Below are positions 25,765-34,556 of a stretch of 64,000 bases of DNA, one piece after another. The notes below the pieces were generated by a model. The model was not told where the DNA came from. It searched no databases and worked only from the letters and a program-made list of their open reading frames with translations. Every line of letters starts with the position of its first letter. Within the stretch, counting starts at the first letter, position 1. The position numbers and the translations under genes were made by a program. Origin of the DNA: a virus (lineage: Duplodnaviria > Caudoviricetes); the IMG/VR virus record IMGVR_UViG_3300021255_000041, positions 561 through 64,560 of that record, one strand, 5' to 3'.

Positions 25765-26022
25765 TCATTCTTCCTCCCTGCTTTCCTTTAATTCTTTGAG
25801 CTGTCTGTTCGTTTCGCGGAGCTTGTGCTCAAGTGCCTTCACCTGGAGCTGCGTAAAACCCCACATCACAAGACCTCCGATCGCGACGTTTGTGATCCTG
25901 GTGTCGAGCTTCTTGATTCTACGAACGTTAACCATCATGTTTTTATTGCAAACATCAACAACATCCTGTAAAGAATTAATCAAAATAGCGCGCATATTAT
26001 TCTCCTTTTTGAATGCAATCAT
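25765..26022 (-). CDS. Small membrane/coiled-coil protein
   Basis: 85 aa, one hydrophobic helix. Confidence 0.55.
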   Translation of the reverse strand: MIAFKKENNMRAILINSLQDVVDVCNKNMMVNVRRIKKLDTRITNVAIGGLVMWGFTQLQVKALEHKLRETNRQLKELKESREEE

Positions 26023-26545
26023 TGAGGTGCCACATCATCTGGCACCATATCTCTTCGTTTCGCATATCCAGACCCGGTGCGTCTTCGAACGTAAACAGTC
26101 CGCCATGGCCGTTCGGTTCGTATTCATGTCTTAAAAACTTCTTAATGACGTGCTCTACCTTACGTCGGTTAAAATAACGGTCCGTCATTCCGCTCAGTCC
26201 AAGACTATTAATCATTTCCCAGAACCATCGTCCTGTGCGATTTCCGATATCCTGATCCGACATAAAGTCTTCTTCACATCTCAAAGCCAGCGCCGCCATC
26301 ATCTCAAGCACGGAGCACGGCTTGCTATCTAAGAGCTTTGCGACTCTGGCCTGTTTGTCGTTTGTTTCCCAGCAGAACCTGTAACGCAAATCGACCCCGT
26401 CTTCGAACCGATTACCATCCATCGGGATTTCATAAGTGAAATCAATCGAAAACAGGGTCGCAAGCAATTTGCTGTAGTTACGATGTCTGCCGTCCGATAC
26501 CAACTTGACAATCCAGTCAAAGTATCGATCGACTAATGTCTTCAT
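25997..26545 (-). CDS. Hypothetical protein
   Basis: 182 aa, DGNRFEDGVDLR, CSVLEMM, EIWCQM. Confidence 0.7.
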   Translation of the reverse strand: MKTLVDRYFDWIVKLVSDGRHRNYSKLLATLFSIDFTYEIPMDGNRFEDGVDLRYRFCWETNDKQARVAKLLDSKPCSVLEMMAALALRCEEDFMSDQDIGNRTGRWFWEMINSLGLSGMTDRYFNRRKVEHVIKKFLRHEYEPNGHGGLFTFEDAPGLDMRNEEIWCQMMWHLNDCIQKGE

Positions 26546-27085
26546 TTATTTAACTCTATACCTCGCTTTCTTGTAATATTCCTCAAAAGGCTCAAGGTCT
26601 CTGAGGATCTCATAGTCGCAATTCCGCTGGTCGTTACGAATATAAACGGCGTTACGCTTTGTGTCGCTGAAATAGGACTCAAAGTTCAGCCCGACAGAGG
26701 CCATGATATCATCGTCGTCCATCGGATCGCCGACATCATCAGCAAGAATGCCATCAGCGTAATAAGTCAGGCTGATTTTCTCGTATTCGTACTCGTCGTC
26801 GAACTCGTCCGGAGAGATCTCATAGGGGTCATTGTCTGATTTGTTTTCGTCCTGATCGTACCCGTATTTTTTGAGCAGTTCCTCGTAACGCTGCTGCGCT
26901 CTTTTCTCAAGTTCAGCTTCTTCATGTTCGTGGCTTTTTGCGGGTTCTTCTTTTTCGGGCTCCTCTTTGTCTGAAAGATCGATCGGGATCTCCTCGTATT
27001 CAACTTTCATGAGATTATATGTCACGATCGAGCCGATAATGGCTCCGCTTATTAAACCTACAAGATAATAAAAGCCTTTCATCAT
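26546..27085 (-). CDS. N-terminally membrane-anchored acidic protein
   Basis: TM helix at residues 5-23; PYEISPDEF, LTYYADGILAD. Confidence 0.7.
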   Translation of the reverse strand: MMKGFYYLVGLISGAIIGSIVTYNLMKVEYEEIPIDLSDKEEPEKEEPAKSHEHEEAELEKRAQQRYEELLKKYGYDQDENKSDNDPYEISPDEFDDEYEYEKISLTYYADGILADDVGDPMDDDDIMASVGLNFESYFSDTKRNAVYIRNDQRNCDYEILRDLEPFEEYYKKARYRVK

Positions 27086-27336
27086 TCTTCCCCCATATTC
27101 ATAGTCATGGTGGTCAATGCAAGTCCACCGAACAGTAAAGATACACTGAGTAAGATTCCGCCAACAATATGGCGTTTTCTCTTTGTGTCGAGCGTTATGT
27201 CCAAAATGCTTACAACCGTTTCGATTACATCCATACTGTCATCAACCCTTTCTTTCGACCAGGACAGCGAGTCCTGTGATGAAGCAGATTCCGGAGAGGG
27301 CCGATAAGACATATGATACGAATATTGTTCCTCCAC
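27082..27336 (-). CDS. Small membrane protein
   Basis: C-terminal TM HIVGGILLSVSLLFGGLALT. Confidence 0.6.
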   Translation of the reverse strand: MEEQYSYHMSYRPSPESASSQDSLSWSKERVDDSMDVIETVVSILDITLDTKRKRHIVGGILLSVSLLFGGLALTTMTMNMGEE

Positions 27337-27415
27337 TCATGTTGGCCTCCTTTCAAATATAAAAAAGCCACGGGAAATCCAGAATATCTCGCTCTGGAAT
27401 CCCGCAGCCTACACT

Positions 27416-28327
27416 TCACACCATCCGTTCGTAGATGCAGCCATCCACATTGAAGTCGATCGAGTACGCAAGCTCGCGTCCGCCGTCTTCTGTCGGCAGA
27501 TATACCTTGTGAATGTTGAAATCCACAAAGTTGTCGCCAACAGGATTCGCTTCGTCATATACCCATCCGACAACCATGCCGGCCTTCGTGTGTTTGAAGC
27601 CGAGCATCTCATACACCTCATTCAAGGTAAGACTCTTATTGGCACGCAGTTTATCGTTTGCGAAATTCTGCTGCGCCTTTAAGAACATCTCGTTATAGGC
27701 AGGGTTCTTTTCCCAATACGGGTTGCCCTTGGCGAAGTACTTGACGTAATCACTCTCGGTGTTCGGATCAGCAACGTCGACCGTCTTTTTAACTTTCTTT
27801 TCTTTACCGTTCTCATCTACGACGGTCTCTTCGATCTTCTCCTGTTTAATGTTGTGCAGTAACTGATTGTCCACCTCCTCTCCAAATCGCTCTACCACAC
27901 GTGAGCGGTACTCGTCAAAGCTCTTCTCCACTGCTGCATATGCCGCTGCAATGGCTGCATTCCGCTTCTTCAGGATGTTATTAGAGGTAAGGATCGACGC
28001 GAGGGCAATAGCTCCGACCATGACAGCCGGGACGTAAAGCTTCACGTATTTGATCTTGGTGCTGATCTTGATCACTTTCTCTTTTTTCACAAGAGTTTCT
28101 TCCGGGAGATCATTTTCCTCGGCTTCTTTCTTGCATTCCTCAAGGAGTTCCTTTTCCTCCTCTTTGATCTTGCTGAGCTTCGTTGTGGCTTTGCACGCCA
28201 TGACGGCCGCAACAACAGTGCCGACTGCTCCGAATATCACAAGAGCTTCCGGAGAATGCTTGTCGCATTTGAAAGCTACTTTATTTGCTGCTGTTAACGC
28301 ATTATTGATGAATGCAGGGATTTTCAT
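27416..28327 (-). CDS. DUF6353-like protein (paralog 1)
   Basis: KHSPEALV..G.VG, Y..Y.PAV, AAAYAAVEKSFDEYR, LNEVYEMLG..GW. Confidence 0.7.
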   Translation of the reverse strand: MKIPAFINNALTAANKVAFKCDKHSPEALVIFGAVGTVVAAVMACKATTKLSKIKEEEKELLEECKKEAEENDLPEETLVKKEKVIKISTKIKYVKLYVPAVMVGAIALASILTSNNILKKRNAAIAAAYAAVEKSFDEYRSRVVERFGEEVDNQLLHNIKQEKIEETVVDENGKEKKVKKTVDVADPNTESDYVKYFAKGNPYWEKNPAYNEMFLKAQQNFANDKLRANKSLTLNEVYEMLGFKHTKAGMVVGWVYDEANPVGDNFVDFNIHKVYLPTEDGGRELAYSIDFNVDGCIYERMV

Positions 28328-28329
28328 TA

Positions 28330-28782
28330 TTAATTTTCTCCTTTCTTTGCAAGAGTTTCAATTAACTCGTAAATATAATTTCTGCTGCTGTCGAAATCCA
28401 TATCCTTTGCCAGCTTCGATAAAGCCGAAATCGCAAAGTTGATCGTATCCTCTTCGACGTCATTGTAACGAAGAACGATCCTGGTGATTCTGTTGGCAGC
28501 ATCTTTTCTACTTCTGTCAAAATCAAAATTAGCCGCGCCATCCATAATAGAGGCAATAGCTGTCTCGATGCTGTTATGGCAAAACAGATTGGTTGTGAAA
28601 TCAGCGCTGGTATACGCTTTTCCACGAGGGTATCTGGGGCTAATATTGATCGGTACCTTAGCGATTTTGCAGATGCCAATAAGCACGGCTGAGCCGATGG
28701 CACTGACGATAACCTCTCTGTTATCGCTGCAAATATCACAAACGGTCTTCTTAATCGACTCAGTATTGATGTTAATTTTCAT
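28330..28782 (-). CDS. Hypothetical protein with internal helical repeat
   Basis: AIASIMDGAANFDFD / AISALSKLAKDMDFD. Confidence 0.6.
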   Translation of the reverse strand: MKININTESIKKTVCDICSDNREVIVSAIGSAVLIGICKIAKVPINISPRYPRGKAYTSADFTTNLFCHNSIETAIASIMDGAANFDFDRSRKDAANRITRIVLRYNDVEEDTINFAISALSKLAKDMDFDSSRNYIYELIETLAKKGEN

Positions 28783-29132
28783 TTTTTAATCCTTTCCGCA
28801 GCGGCTTTGGCTGCATCTTCAATTGTTTTATCGTGATTCCCGAGCCATGCGTTTTTCTTGCGCTGCTTGTCGAGAAGCTCTCCCCCGCACGCAGCATATC
28901 CGGCTAGATCCACAAAGCTGTCGTCTGTACCTCCGCCATTTGAGATCCGTGCGATCTTGAGAAGAGCCATCATCGCTGCTACATCAACGGCGGTAATACT
29001 AAACGGATGGCCGAGGTATGTATTCCACAGGCATGCGATTTTTGAAAAGTTGTCTTCCGGTGTCCCATAATCCTGTTCTCGCTGCCCGTTTACACACTCA
29101 TCCGCCTTCTGCAATATTTCTTTTCTTGTCAT
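28779..29132 (-). CDS. DUF6378-like protein
   Basis: REQDYG.PEDNF..IA.LW, LLKIAR, DSFVDLAGYAA. Confidence 0.7.
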   Translation of the reverse strand: MTRKEILQKADECVNGQREQDYGTPEDNFSKIACLWNTYLGHPFSITAVDVAAMMALLKIARISNGGGTDDSFVDLAGYAACGGELLDKQRKKNAWLGNHDKTIEDAAKAAAERIKK

Positions 29133-29142
29133 TCTTTCCTCC

Positions 29143-29736
29143 TTAGTCTAAAGCCATGGCCTTCGGCAGCTTAATCAGGTAACCGTCAGCGGTGCTGATT
29201 ATTCCTGCATTACGAAGGTCGCTCCAACCATATTTATTATCGGTATATGAGCTTTTCATGCCGACCATGTCGTAAAAATCGGCAATACTGAGGACACCAT
29301 ACCGTTTGATCGCATCCTCCATCGACCTCAACAAAGCTTCAGCCTCGCCCCGGTTGTCGATGATGATGTTGTTGTAATTACCGTTCATCTGGTAAGAAGG
29401 TTCAACGCTCCGATCATCCGGGTTTTCGTAATACTTTCGGTACGATACCTTTGTACCGTTGTGCTGTCTGTCGTTTTTGGCCTTCTTACCATAGAGAATC
29501 ATATTGACAGTGTCGCTGAGTCCTCTCTTGATCGAGGGAATAATAACATCAGTCATGATCGTTCTCTTGATGGTTTCAGGATCCTCCTGCACGAGGACAT
29601 CCAGGATTTTCTGAAGCGGCTTCCTTTTCCGCACCTTGGCTGAGCTAACTACTCGCTCGATCTTTTTCTCCGGAGACTGCTCCTTTTTATGATCAACGCT
29701 CTTCGAGCGATACGAATTCGATTTGTATTCGTCCAT
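29143..29736 (-). CDS. Hypothetical protein sharing a C-terminal motif with the DUF6353-like paralogs
   Basis: SIADFYDMVG...YGW. Confidence 0.7.
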   Translation of the reverse strand: MDEYKSNSYRSKSVDHKKEQSPEKKIERVVSSAKVRKRKPLQKILDVLVQEDPETIKRTIMTDVIIPSIKRGLSDTVNMILYGKKAKNDRQHNGTKVSYRKYYENPDDRSVEPSYQMNGNYNNIIIDNRGEAEALLRSMEDAIKRYGVLSIADFYDMVGMKSSYTDNKYGWSDLRNAGIISTADGYLIKLPKAMALD

Positions 29737-29750
29737 TCATTTCCTCCTTT

Positions 29751-29942
29751 CTAAGAGACCTTTTCAAGTTTTCCCGGTAATATAATTTTTGTGCCGGGTA
29801 TTCTGTTGTTTCGTTTCTTCCATCTATATGCAAGATTGCTTTTCGCTTTGCCCGGTGATGTCGCCATTGTTTCGGCTTCCCATTTGTCCTGCACGCAGCG
29901 ATCGAATTCCATAACCGGTCCGCGATATATGTATTTATCCAT
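29751..29942 (-). CDS. Small hypothetical protein
   Basis: MDKYIYRGPVMEF...KAKSNLAYRWK; RBS GAGGTG. Confidence 0.6.
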   Translation of the reverse strand: MDKYIYRGPVMEFDRCVQDKWEAETMATSPGKAKSNLAYRWKKRNNRIPGTKIILPGKLEKVS

Positions 29943-30000
29943 AGACACCTCGCAAACAAAAAAGAGAAGCACCTGCGTTTTGCAGATGCCTCTCGGCGAA

Positions 30001-30324
30001 TTACTGTTCTTCCTCCTTTCCATCGTCGGTCTTGTCCGGAACTTCGTCAAGATCAACAAAGTCTACATCTACGGGTTCCCCGGCTTTCTTATTCTCCTCC
30101 TTTCTTTTCTTTCTGGCCGACCATTTCGCCTTCGCCTTCGCGACGATAGGCTTACCGAATTTGTCGTAACCTGCTTTAAGCAGGAATCCGCCAATTCCGG
30201 CAGCACCCATCAATGTCGCCAAAGCGATTGTCCCACGATCAATGCCTCCAGAACTTTCAGTTGTTTCAGTAGTCTGATTAACCTCATTGTTGAGTTCTTC
30301 GTTTCTCATTTCTTCGTTTTCCAT
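30001..30324 (-). CDS. Single-pass membrane protein (cassette gene)
   Basis: Start MENEEMR after RBS AAGGAGG and promoter 30357; terminator follows at about 29955-29995. Confidence 0.65.
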   Translation of the reverse strand: MENEEMRNEELNNEVNQTTETTESSGGIDRGTIALATLMGAAGIGGFLLKAGYDKFGKPIVAKAKAKWSARKKRKEENKKAGEPVDVDFVDLDEVPDKTDDGKEEEQ

Positions 30325-30356
30325 TTTTTCCTCCTTTGGAATTTGAATTATAGTCT

Positions 30357-30382
30357 TCATAAAACTGCTTGTTTTTTTCGCG
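30357..30382 (-). promoter_or_regulatory. Phage promoter motif copy 7
   Basis: CG CGAAAAA AACA AGCAGTT TTATGA. Confidence 0.7.
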
Positions 30383-30384
30383 AA

Positions 30385-31167
30385 TCAATGCAAGGATCTG
30401 AAATCCGGCCTTGGGGCTATCCGATAGTCGACGACCAGGCACGGTACGCCGTCCTCATCAAGCTGAGCACTGAACTCCATGTCGATCAGTCCGTCCTCGA
30501 TATACCACCCGATGTCGTCACCATCTTTTACCGGGGAAAGCCCTATCTCGTAGTAGTATTCGTTCAAAGAAATAAACATCTCGCTGAGAAGGCGTTTATT
30601 CAATTCATTCTCAACCCGTCTCAGCTTTTCAATATCGGACTTAAACCTTCTGGCTCTGAAAGTATCGAAGCATCTGGTTTCGCCTCCACCGGTAATGATT
30701 ATTTCTTTATTGACCAGAGGTTCCCGCTCAAGATGTTCTTTTGCGATAGCATCTCTCACATCCCGCTCTTTTTTCTCGCCGACGGTCTCGATCACCTTTT
30801 CCTGGTATTCTTTGAGCGCCGTCTCGGTCATGGTGTAAGCGGTCGCGAGTGCTGTATTGCGTCTTTTGTTGATGGACTGTCCACCAATGATGCAAGCTGA
30901 TGACGCCACACCAGATAATGCCGTCGGGACATAGCACGTCCAAGTAGCTTTGACTGTATCTGCCGTAGACAATTTATCGGTTTTCAGTTCCTTCTTCTTT
31001 TTCTCGATCCTCTCCATCGCCTTCGGTGTAGCTCTGACTGCGAGCACAACGGTTAACAGCATCCCGGCAAGACCAAGACCCGTCAGAATCTCCGGACTGT
31101 TCTTCTTATAGCCATTAACCAATGATTTACTGGCCTCTGTGGCACATTTCAAAAAGCTCATACTCAT
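30385..31167 (-). CDS. DUF6353-like protein (paralog 2)
   Basis: KNSPEILTGLG, YVPTA, ALATAY, ISLNEYYYEIG..IGW. Confidence 0.7.
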   Translation of the reverse strand: MSMSFLKCATEASKSLVNGYKKNSPEILTGLGLAGMLLTVVLAVRATPKAMERIEKKKKELKTDKLSTADTVKATWTCYVPTALSGVASSACIIGGQSINKRRNTALATAYTMTETALKEYQEKVIETVGEKKERDVRDAIAKEHLEREPLVNKEIIITGGGETRCFDTFRARRFKSDIEKLRRVENELNKRLLSEMFISLNEYYYEIGLSPVKDGDDIGWYIEDGLIDMEFSAQLDEDGVPCLVVDYRIAPRPDFRSLH

Positions 31168-31478
31168 TCCCCTTCTAAATATGAATAATCATCGTTTAAT
31201 ACATCCACCGCACAGAGCCCTATGTCATATGCGATGGAGAATATAAAACTGTTTTTGTTATCGACTGTAGACAGCTCATCCATCGTCTTGCAGAATTTCT
31301 CGACAACAATGCTCGGCGGCTCTGGCGACTCAATGATTTCGCTCATAAGCTCCTGCAGCGCCCATCTCTGATAAGACAGATTTACAAAGCGCAGGGTTTT
31401 CATACCCACTTTCGGTTCATCGAGATAGTCTTCGCCGAACTTTTTCAATTTAGACAGGACGAGCTGCTTGTATGTCAT
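31164..31478 (-). CDS. Hypothetical protein
   Basis: Start MTYKQLV after RBS AAGGAGG. Confidence 0.6.
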   Translation of the reverse strand: MTYKQLVLSKLKKFGEDYLDEPKVGMKTLRFVNLSYQRWALQELMSEIIESPEPPSIVVEKFCKTMDELSTVDNKNSFIFSIAYDIGLCAVDVLNDDYSYLEGE

Positions 31479-31709
31479 ACCGTCCTCCTTTCTCAAAAAT
31501 AAAAGAGCCCTTTTCAGGACTCTTCATCTTTTTTGTTTTCGTTTTCTTTTTTCGCCAGCTCGTCTCTGACGATTTCTCGCACCTGCTCCTCGGCCGCTTT
31601 GCTACCAGCCCAGTCACACAGCATCGACGCCGCGAAACCAAGAGCTGATCCGCCAAGACCGACGAGCCTCATGACATTTTTATTCATCATTCTTCCGAGC
31701 TACCTCCTT

Positions 31710-32339
31710 TCATAACACAAGGTGAAATTTTTGCGAATGAAAACTGAAACTGTAAATATGATTGCTGAGCACGTCGGATGGATCGAGAGTCTTGTTCACT
31801 TCCTCGACTATGTCTCTCAGAAACGCTGGATTCTCAATGTCCTCCGCCGGCACAAACATCAGCTCATGAATGCTTGAGGGAATCACGTAATACTCTCCTG
31901 CCGGTAGACCCGAGATATACTCCGGATAAAGCATCAATACGCCTCCGTTATACATATCTTTTGAACCGACTACGTAAATCGGCGTAGACGAATCCATGTC
32001 AAACGGCAAGAATACGTTGTTTACACTGTAGAGTATCTCATCCAGCAAACGCACACAAACATCCATGTTTCGAATGGTGTTCGTGTATGCCATATCATAG
32101 AGCAAATCGAAGCTGACTCCCAGGAACTCCAGAGCATCGTTCTTCACTGTCGCCACGCACTTTGACCCATCAGGAAAATCGCCAAAGTTAATCTTGATGA
32201 TTACGGCGATATCCGGGAATGGTAGCAGGCGATGCGGTACCTCTTTGAGCATCTCAACGTTGTTGTCATAGTTTACGAGTTGCAAAAACGTTCTACCGGG
32301 AATATCCTCCTTTCGAATTTTGGTTAATCCTTCACTCAT
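31710..32339 (-). CDS. DUF5688-like protein; putative sRNA target
   Basis: YYVIPSSIHEL, VEEVN, VLSNHIY signature; leader complementary to the 6942-6973 hairpin loop. Confidence 0.75.
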   Translation of the reverse strand: MSEGLTKIRKEDIPGRTFLQLVNYDNNVEMLKEVPHRLLPFPDIAVIIKINFGDFPDGSKCVATVKNDALEFLGVSFDLLYDMAYTNTIRNMDVCVRLLDEILYSVNNVFLPFDMDSSTPIYVVGSKDMYNGGVLMLYPEYISGLPAGEYYVIPSSIHELMFVPAEDIENPAFLRDIVEEVNKTLDPSDVLSNHIYSFSFHSQKFHLVL

Positions 32340-32369
32340 AGTACTTTCCTCCTTTCGACTTTGGTGTGG

Positions 32370-32525
32370 TTAATATATACATTCATGCAGTAATACTGCA
32401 TTGCGCTTTGAGTTATACTCGGCTGACACAGCCTCATGCTCGTCACCGATCAATTCGTGTACCAATAAAACGATCGCGTCGCCAGGCATATCCGCGATCA
32501 GTTCTTTCAATTCATCAACCGTCAT
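32370..32525 (-). CDS. 51-aa hypothetical protein (not in ORF track)
   Basis: MTVDELKELIADMPGDA...; RBS GGAGGT. Confidence 0.6.
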   Translation of the reverse strand: MTVDELKELIADMPGDAIVLLVHELIGDEHEAVSAEYNSKRNAVLLHECIY

Positions 32526-32537
32526 TTTCATACCTCC

Positions 32538-33176
32538 TTAACTAGCGAGCGATAAACCAAGCTCAGCGAGTTTCGACACGATTTCCTCGTAACTCCGCTG
32601 TCCGAGATTCCGAATACCAATGACTTCGCCAGGTCTGAGCTGTATAAGATCACCTATCGTCTCGATACCGCGTCTTGTGAGGCAGTTGTAAGTTCTTACA
32701 GACAGGTTTAACTCGTCGATACCAGATTCACTGATGTCTGGTTCCGGTATAAGCTCTACGACTTCGCCAAGCAGATATTCAAGTCGTTCGTTTTCCTTTT
32801 TCAGTTTCTCGTTTTCGACACGTAGGTCGCAGGCTGCCTGCATGGTGTCGAAAGTCCATTTAATACGTCTTCTCGGATGTCTAAGCTTGCGAAGCGCCTT
32901 GGCCTGTATTTGCTGAATGCGTCCTCTTGATATGCCAAATTCTTTTCCGGTGCGCTCTAACGTAAAGCCCTCTTCAAAACGGTAAAAAAGCACCTTTTGC
33001 TCCCTTTCAGTCAAATCCGACAAAGTCTCAAGAAACCCTGGAACATATGCTTCATATACCTCGTTTCGCATGTCTTCGTCCGGAAGATTGAACGGGTTGC
33101 CTATCACAGCGGCAATTAAGTTGTACGGATAAACTTTTAAAATGTCGACTTTGATTGTAGGTTGTTTGCGGCTCAT
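32538..33176 (-). CDS. Sigma70 region-4 / RNAP alpha-CTD fusion protein
   Basis: [11 protein letters not shown]...[30 protein letters not shown] (sigma4); [22 protein letters not shown]...[14 protein letters not shown] (alphaCTD). Confidence 0.85.
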   Translation of the reverse strand: MSRKQPTIKVDILKVYPYNLIAAVIGNPFNLPDEDMRNEVYEAYVPGFLETLSDLTEREQKVLFYRFEEGFTLERTGKEFGISRGRIQQIQAKALRKLRHPRRRIKWTFDTMQAACDLRVENEKLKKENERLEYLLGEVVELIPEPDISESGIDELNLSVRTYNCLTRRGIETIGDLIQLRPGEVIGIRNLGQRSYEEIVSKLAELGLSLAS

Positions 33177-33237
33177 CTAAATTCTCCTTTCTGCAAAAGC
33201 ATTGACAAAAAATAAAAGAGAACCGTCATTGTGTTCT

Positions 33238-33263
33238 CCATAATAAGCTTTGTAAATTTTGCG
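33238..33263 (-). promoter_or_regulatory. Phage promoter motif copy 8, followed by hairpin and U tract
   Basis: CG CAAAATT TACA AAGCTTA TTATGG; hairpin 33218-33238. Confidence 0.7.
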
Positions 33264-33284
33264 AAGAAAAAGAAAAGGAGTCGC

Positions 33285-33473
33285 TTAGGACCCCTCCTCG
33301 TTTTTGTTTCGTTTCCGTATAATAAGGTATCTTATGATGATACCTAATACGCCAATACATATGATCACATCGCCGAATACGATGAGTCCCACGGCTCCGG
33401 CCAAACCGGCCACAATCACCGTAAAGATCACCAAAAATATCAATGTGATTGTCAATATGGTTAGTAGTATCAT
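33285..33473 (-). CDS. Cassette gene, small membrane protein
   Basis: 62 aa, two TM helices. Confidence 0.7.
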   Translation of the reverse strand: MILLTILTITLIFLVIFTVIVAGLAGAVGLIVFGDVIICIGVLGIIIRYLIIRKRNKNEEGS

Positions 33474-33488
33474 GATAGATTCCTCCTT

Positions 33489-33514
33489 TCATACAAGGAG
33501 CTGTATTTCCTGCG
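33489..33514 (-). promoter_or_regulatory. Phage promoter motif copy 9
   Basis: CG CAGGAAA TACA GCTCCTT GTATGA, immediately followed by RBS AAGGAGG. Confidence 0.7.
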
Positions 33515-33556
33515 GGAAAAAATAAAAGCCCATGCGTTTTGCACAGGCTTTTGATG

Positions 33557-33748
33557 TTATTTTTTCTGTACCGTCTTCACTGACACATCGTAGTTGTTGC
33601 TGATCCCCCTCCAGAGGACATACAAAGTTTTGTCGTCTGCCACCGACTTCAGGTCGCGTTCGACACGAAACCTCTCAAACGCAACGCCTCCCATGAAAGC
33701 AGCCACGAACACGACAAAACGCACAAGCCTTTTGATTTTTTTCAGCAT
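33557..33748 (-). CDS. Cassette gene, small membrane protein
   Basis: Start MLKKIKR after RBS AAGGAG. Confidence 0.65.
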   Translation of the reverse strand: MLKKIKRLVRFVVFVAAFMGGVAFERFRVERDLKSVADDKTLYVLWRGISNNYDVSVKTVQKK

Positions 33749-33779
33749 ATAAAACTCCTTTCTGCAATCAGTTATTACT

Positions 33780-33805
33780 TCATAAAGAGCCATGTATTTC
33801 CTGCG
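33780..33805 (-). promoter_or_regulatory. Phage promoter motif copy 10
   Basis: CG CAGGAAA TACA TGGCTCT TTATGA. Confidence 0.7.
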
Positions 33806-33831
33806 GGCAAAAATAAAAGCCCTTGCAGGGC

Positions 33832-34053
33832 TTAAATCTTTGAAATCACCCCCTTCAAAATGTTATTTAGTTCATCGCGTTGGATATCTGTAGTCGCGCC
33901 AAGAATTATACGAGCTTTATCGTCGAAATTGAAGACCTGTAATTCGGTGATCTGAATATCAATATCATATCCGATTTTCTTTTTAACAATTTTCTTCAAT
34001 ATCTTTGATATAATAGTTTGCATAAATTTCGACTCTAAAATCATTTGATCCAC
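33832..34053 (-). CDS. Cassette gene (73 aa)
   Basis: GTG start after RBS AAGGAG. Confidence 0.65.
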   Translation of the reverse strand: MDQMILESKFMQTIISKILKKIVKKKIGYDIDIQITELQVFNFDDKARIILGATTDIQRDELNNILKGVISKI

Positions 34054-34084
34054 GATTTTCTCCTTTCTGAAACAGGTTTATTTC

Positions 34085-34110
34085 TCATAGGAGCCATTGT
34101 GAACTCCGCG
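34085..34110 (-). promoter_or_regulatory. Phage promoter motif copy 11
   Basis: CG CGGAGTT CACA ATGGCTC CTATGA. Confidence 0.6.
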
Positions 34111-34238
34111 AAAAAGACAAGAGGCCCTGTTTCCAGAGCCCGCAAGATATGTTTTTGGATGTGAAGCAGATATGGTAATGGCGGGCGCAACTCCGCCGGA
34201 TGTGAAATACGCCTGCTACCAGGTCAACCTCCTTTCCA
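34111..34238 (-). ncRNA. Cassette with promoter and terminator but no clear ORF (candidate small RNA)
   Basis: After AAAGGAGG there is no ATG/GTG start; GGCGG/CCGCC hairpin, TTCACATCC x2, terminator at 34111-34142. Confidence 0.4.
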
Positions 34239-34261
34239 TAACATGCCTTGCAAATTTTGCG
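34236..34261 (-). promoter_or_regulatory. Phage promoter motif copy 12
   Basis: CG CAAAATT TGCA AGGCATG TTATGG. Confidence 0.7.
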
Positions 34262-34300
34262 GACAAAAAGAAAAGGGCCCGTAAACCGAGCCCAGATCTC

Positions 34301-34369
34301 TTACTTCCGATTGTCGACTATAATAAGAAATACACAAATGATAATCCCGATACAAGCAATTAACGTCAT
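34301..34369 (-). CDS. 22-aa hydrophobic peptide (not in ORF track)
   Basis: MTLIACIGIIICVFLIIVDNRK; RBS AAGGTG; ATGA overlap with the upstream ORF. Confidence 0.55.
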   Translation of the reverse strand: MTLIACIGIIICVFLIIVDNRK

Positions 34370-34482
34370 TCCGTATCACCTTCTTTCCGATTCACGAGTT
34401 TCTGCACCGGCTCAACGATGCAAACAACCCAGCAAAATGTCCAGAACGAAATCTTCAAAACTTCAATTAAACGCTTTTTCAT
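34366..34482 (-). CDS. 38-aa membrane peptide (not in ORF track)
   Basis: MKKRLIEVLKISFWTFCWVVCIVEPVQKLVNRKEGDTE; RBS AAGGAG. Confidence 0.55.
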   Translation of the reverse strand: MKKRLIEVLKISFWTFCWVVCIVEPVQKLVNRKEGDTE

Positions 34483-34512
34483 AGTAACTCCTTTCTGTAC
34501 TAAATATAGTCT

Positions 34513-34538
34513 CCATAAAGGAGTCTGTATTTTTTGCG
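34513..34538 (-). promoter_or_regulatory. Phage promoter motif copy 13
   Basis: CG CAAAAAA TACA GACTCCT TTATGG. Confidence 0.7.
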
Positions 34539-34556
34539 AAAAAACAGGAGCCCTTG

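Noticed and set aside
29791-30900. 369-aa plus-strand ORF
   Set aside because: Antisense shadow of three minus-strand genes, with no RBS or recognisable motifs
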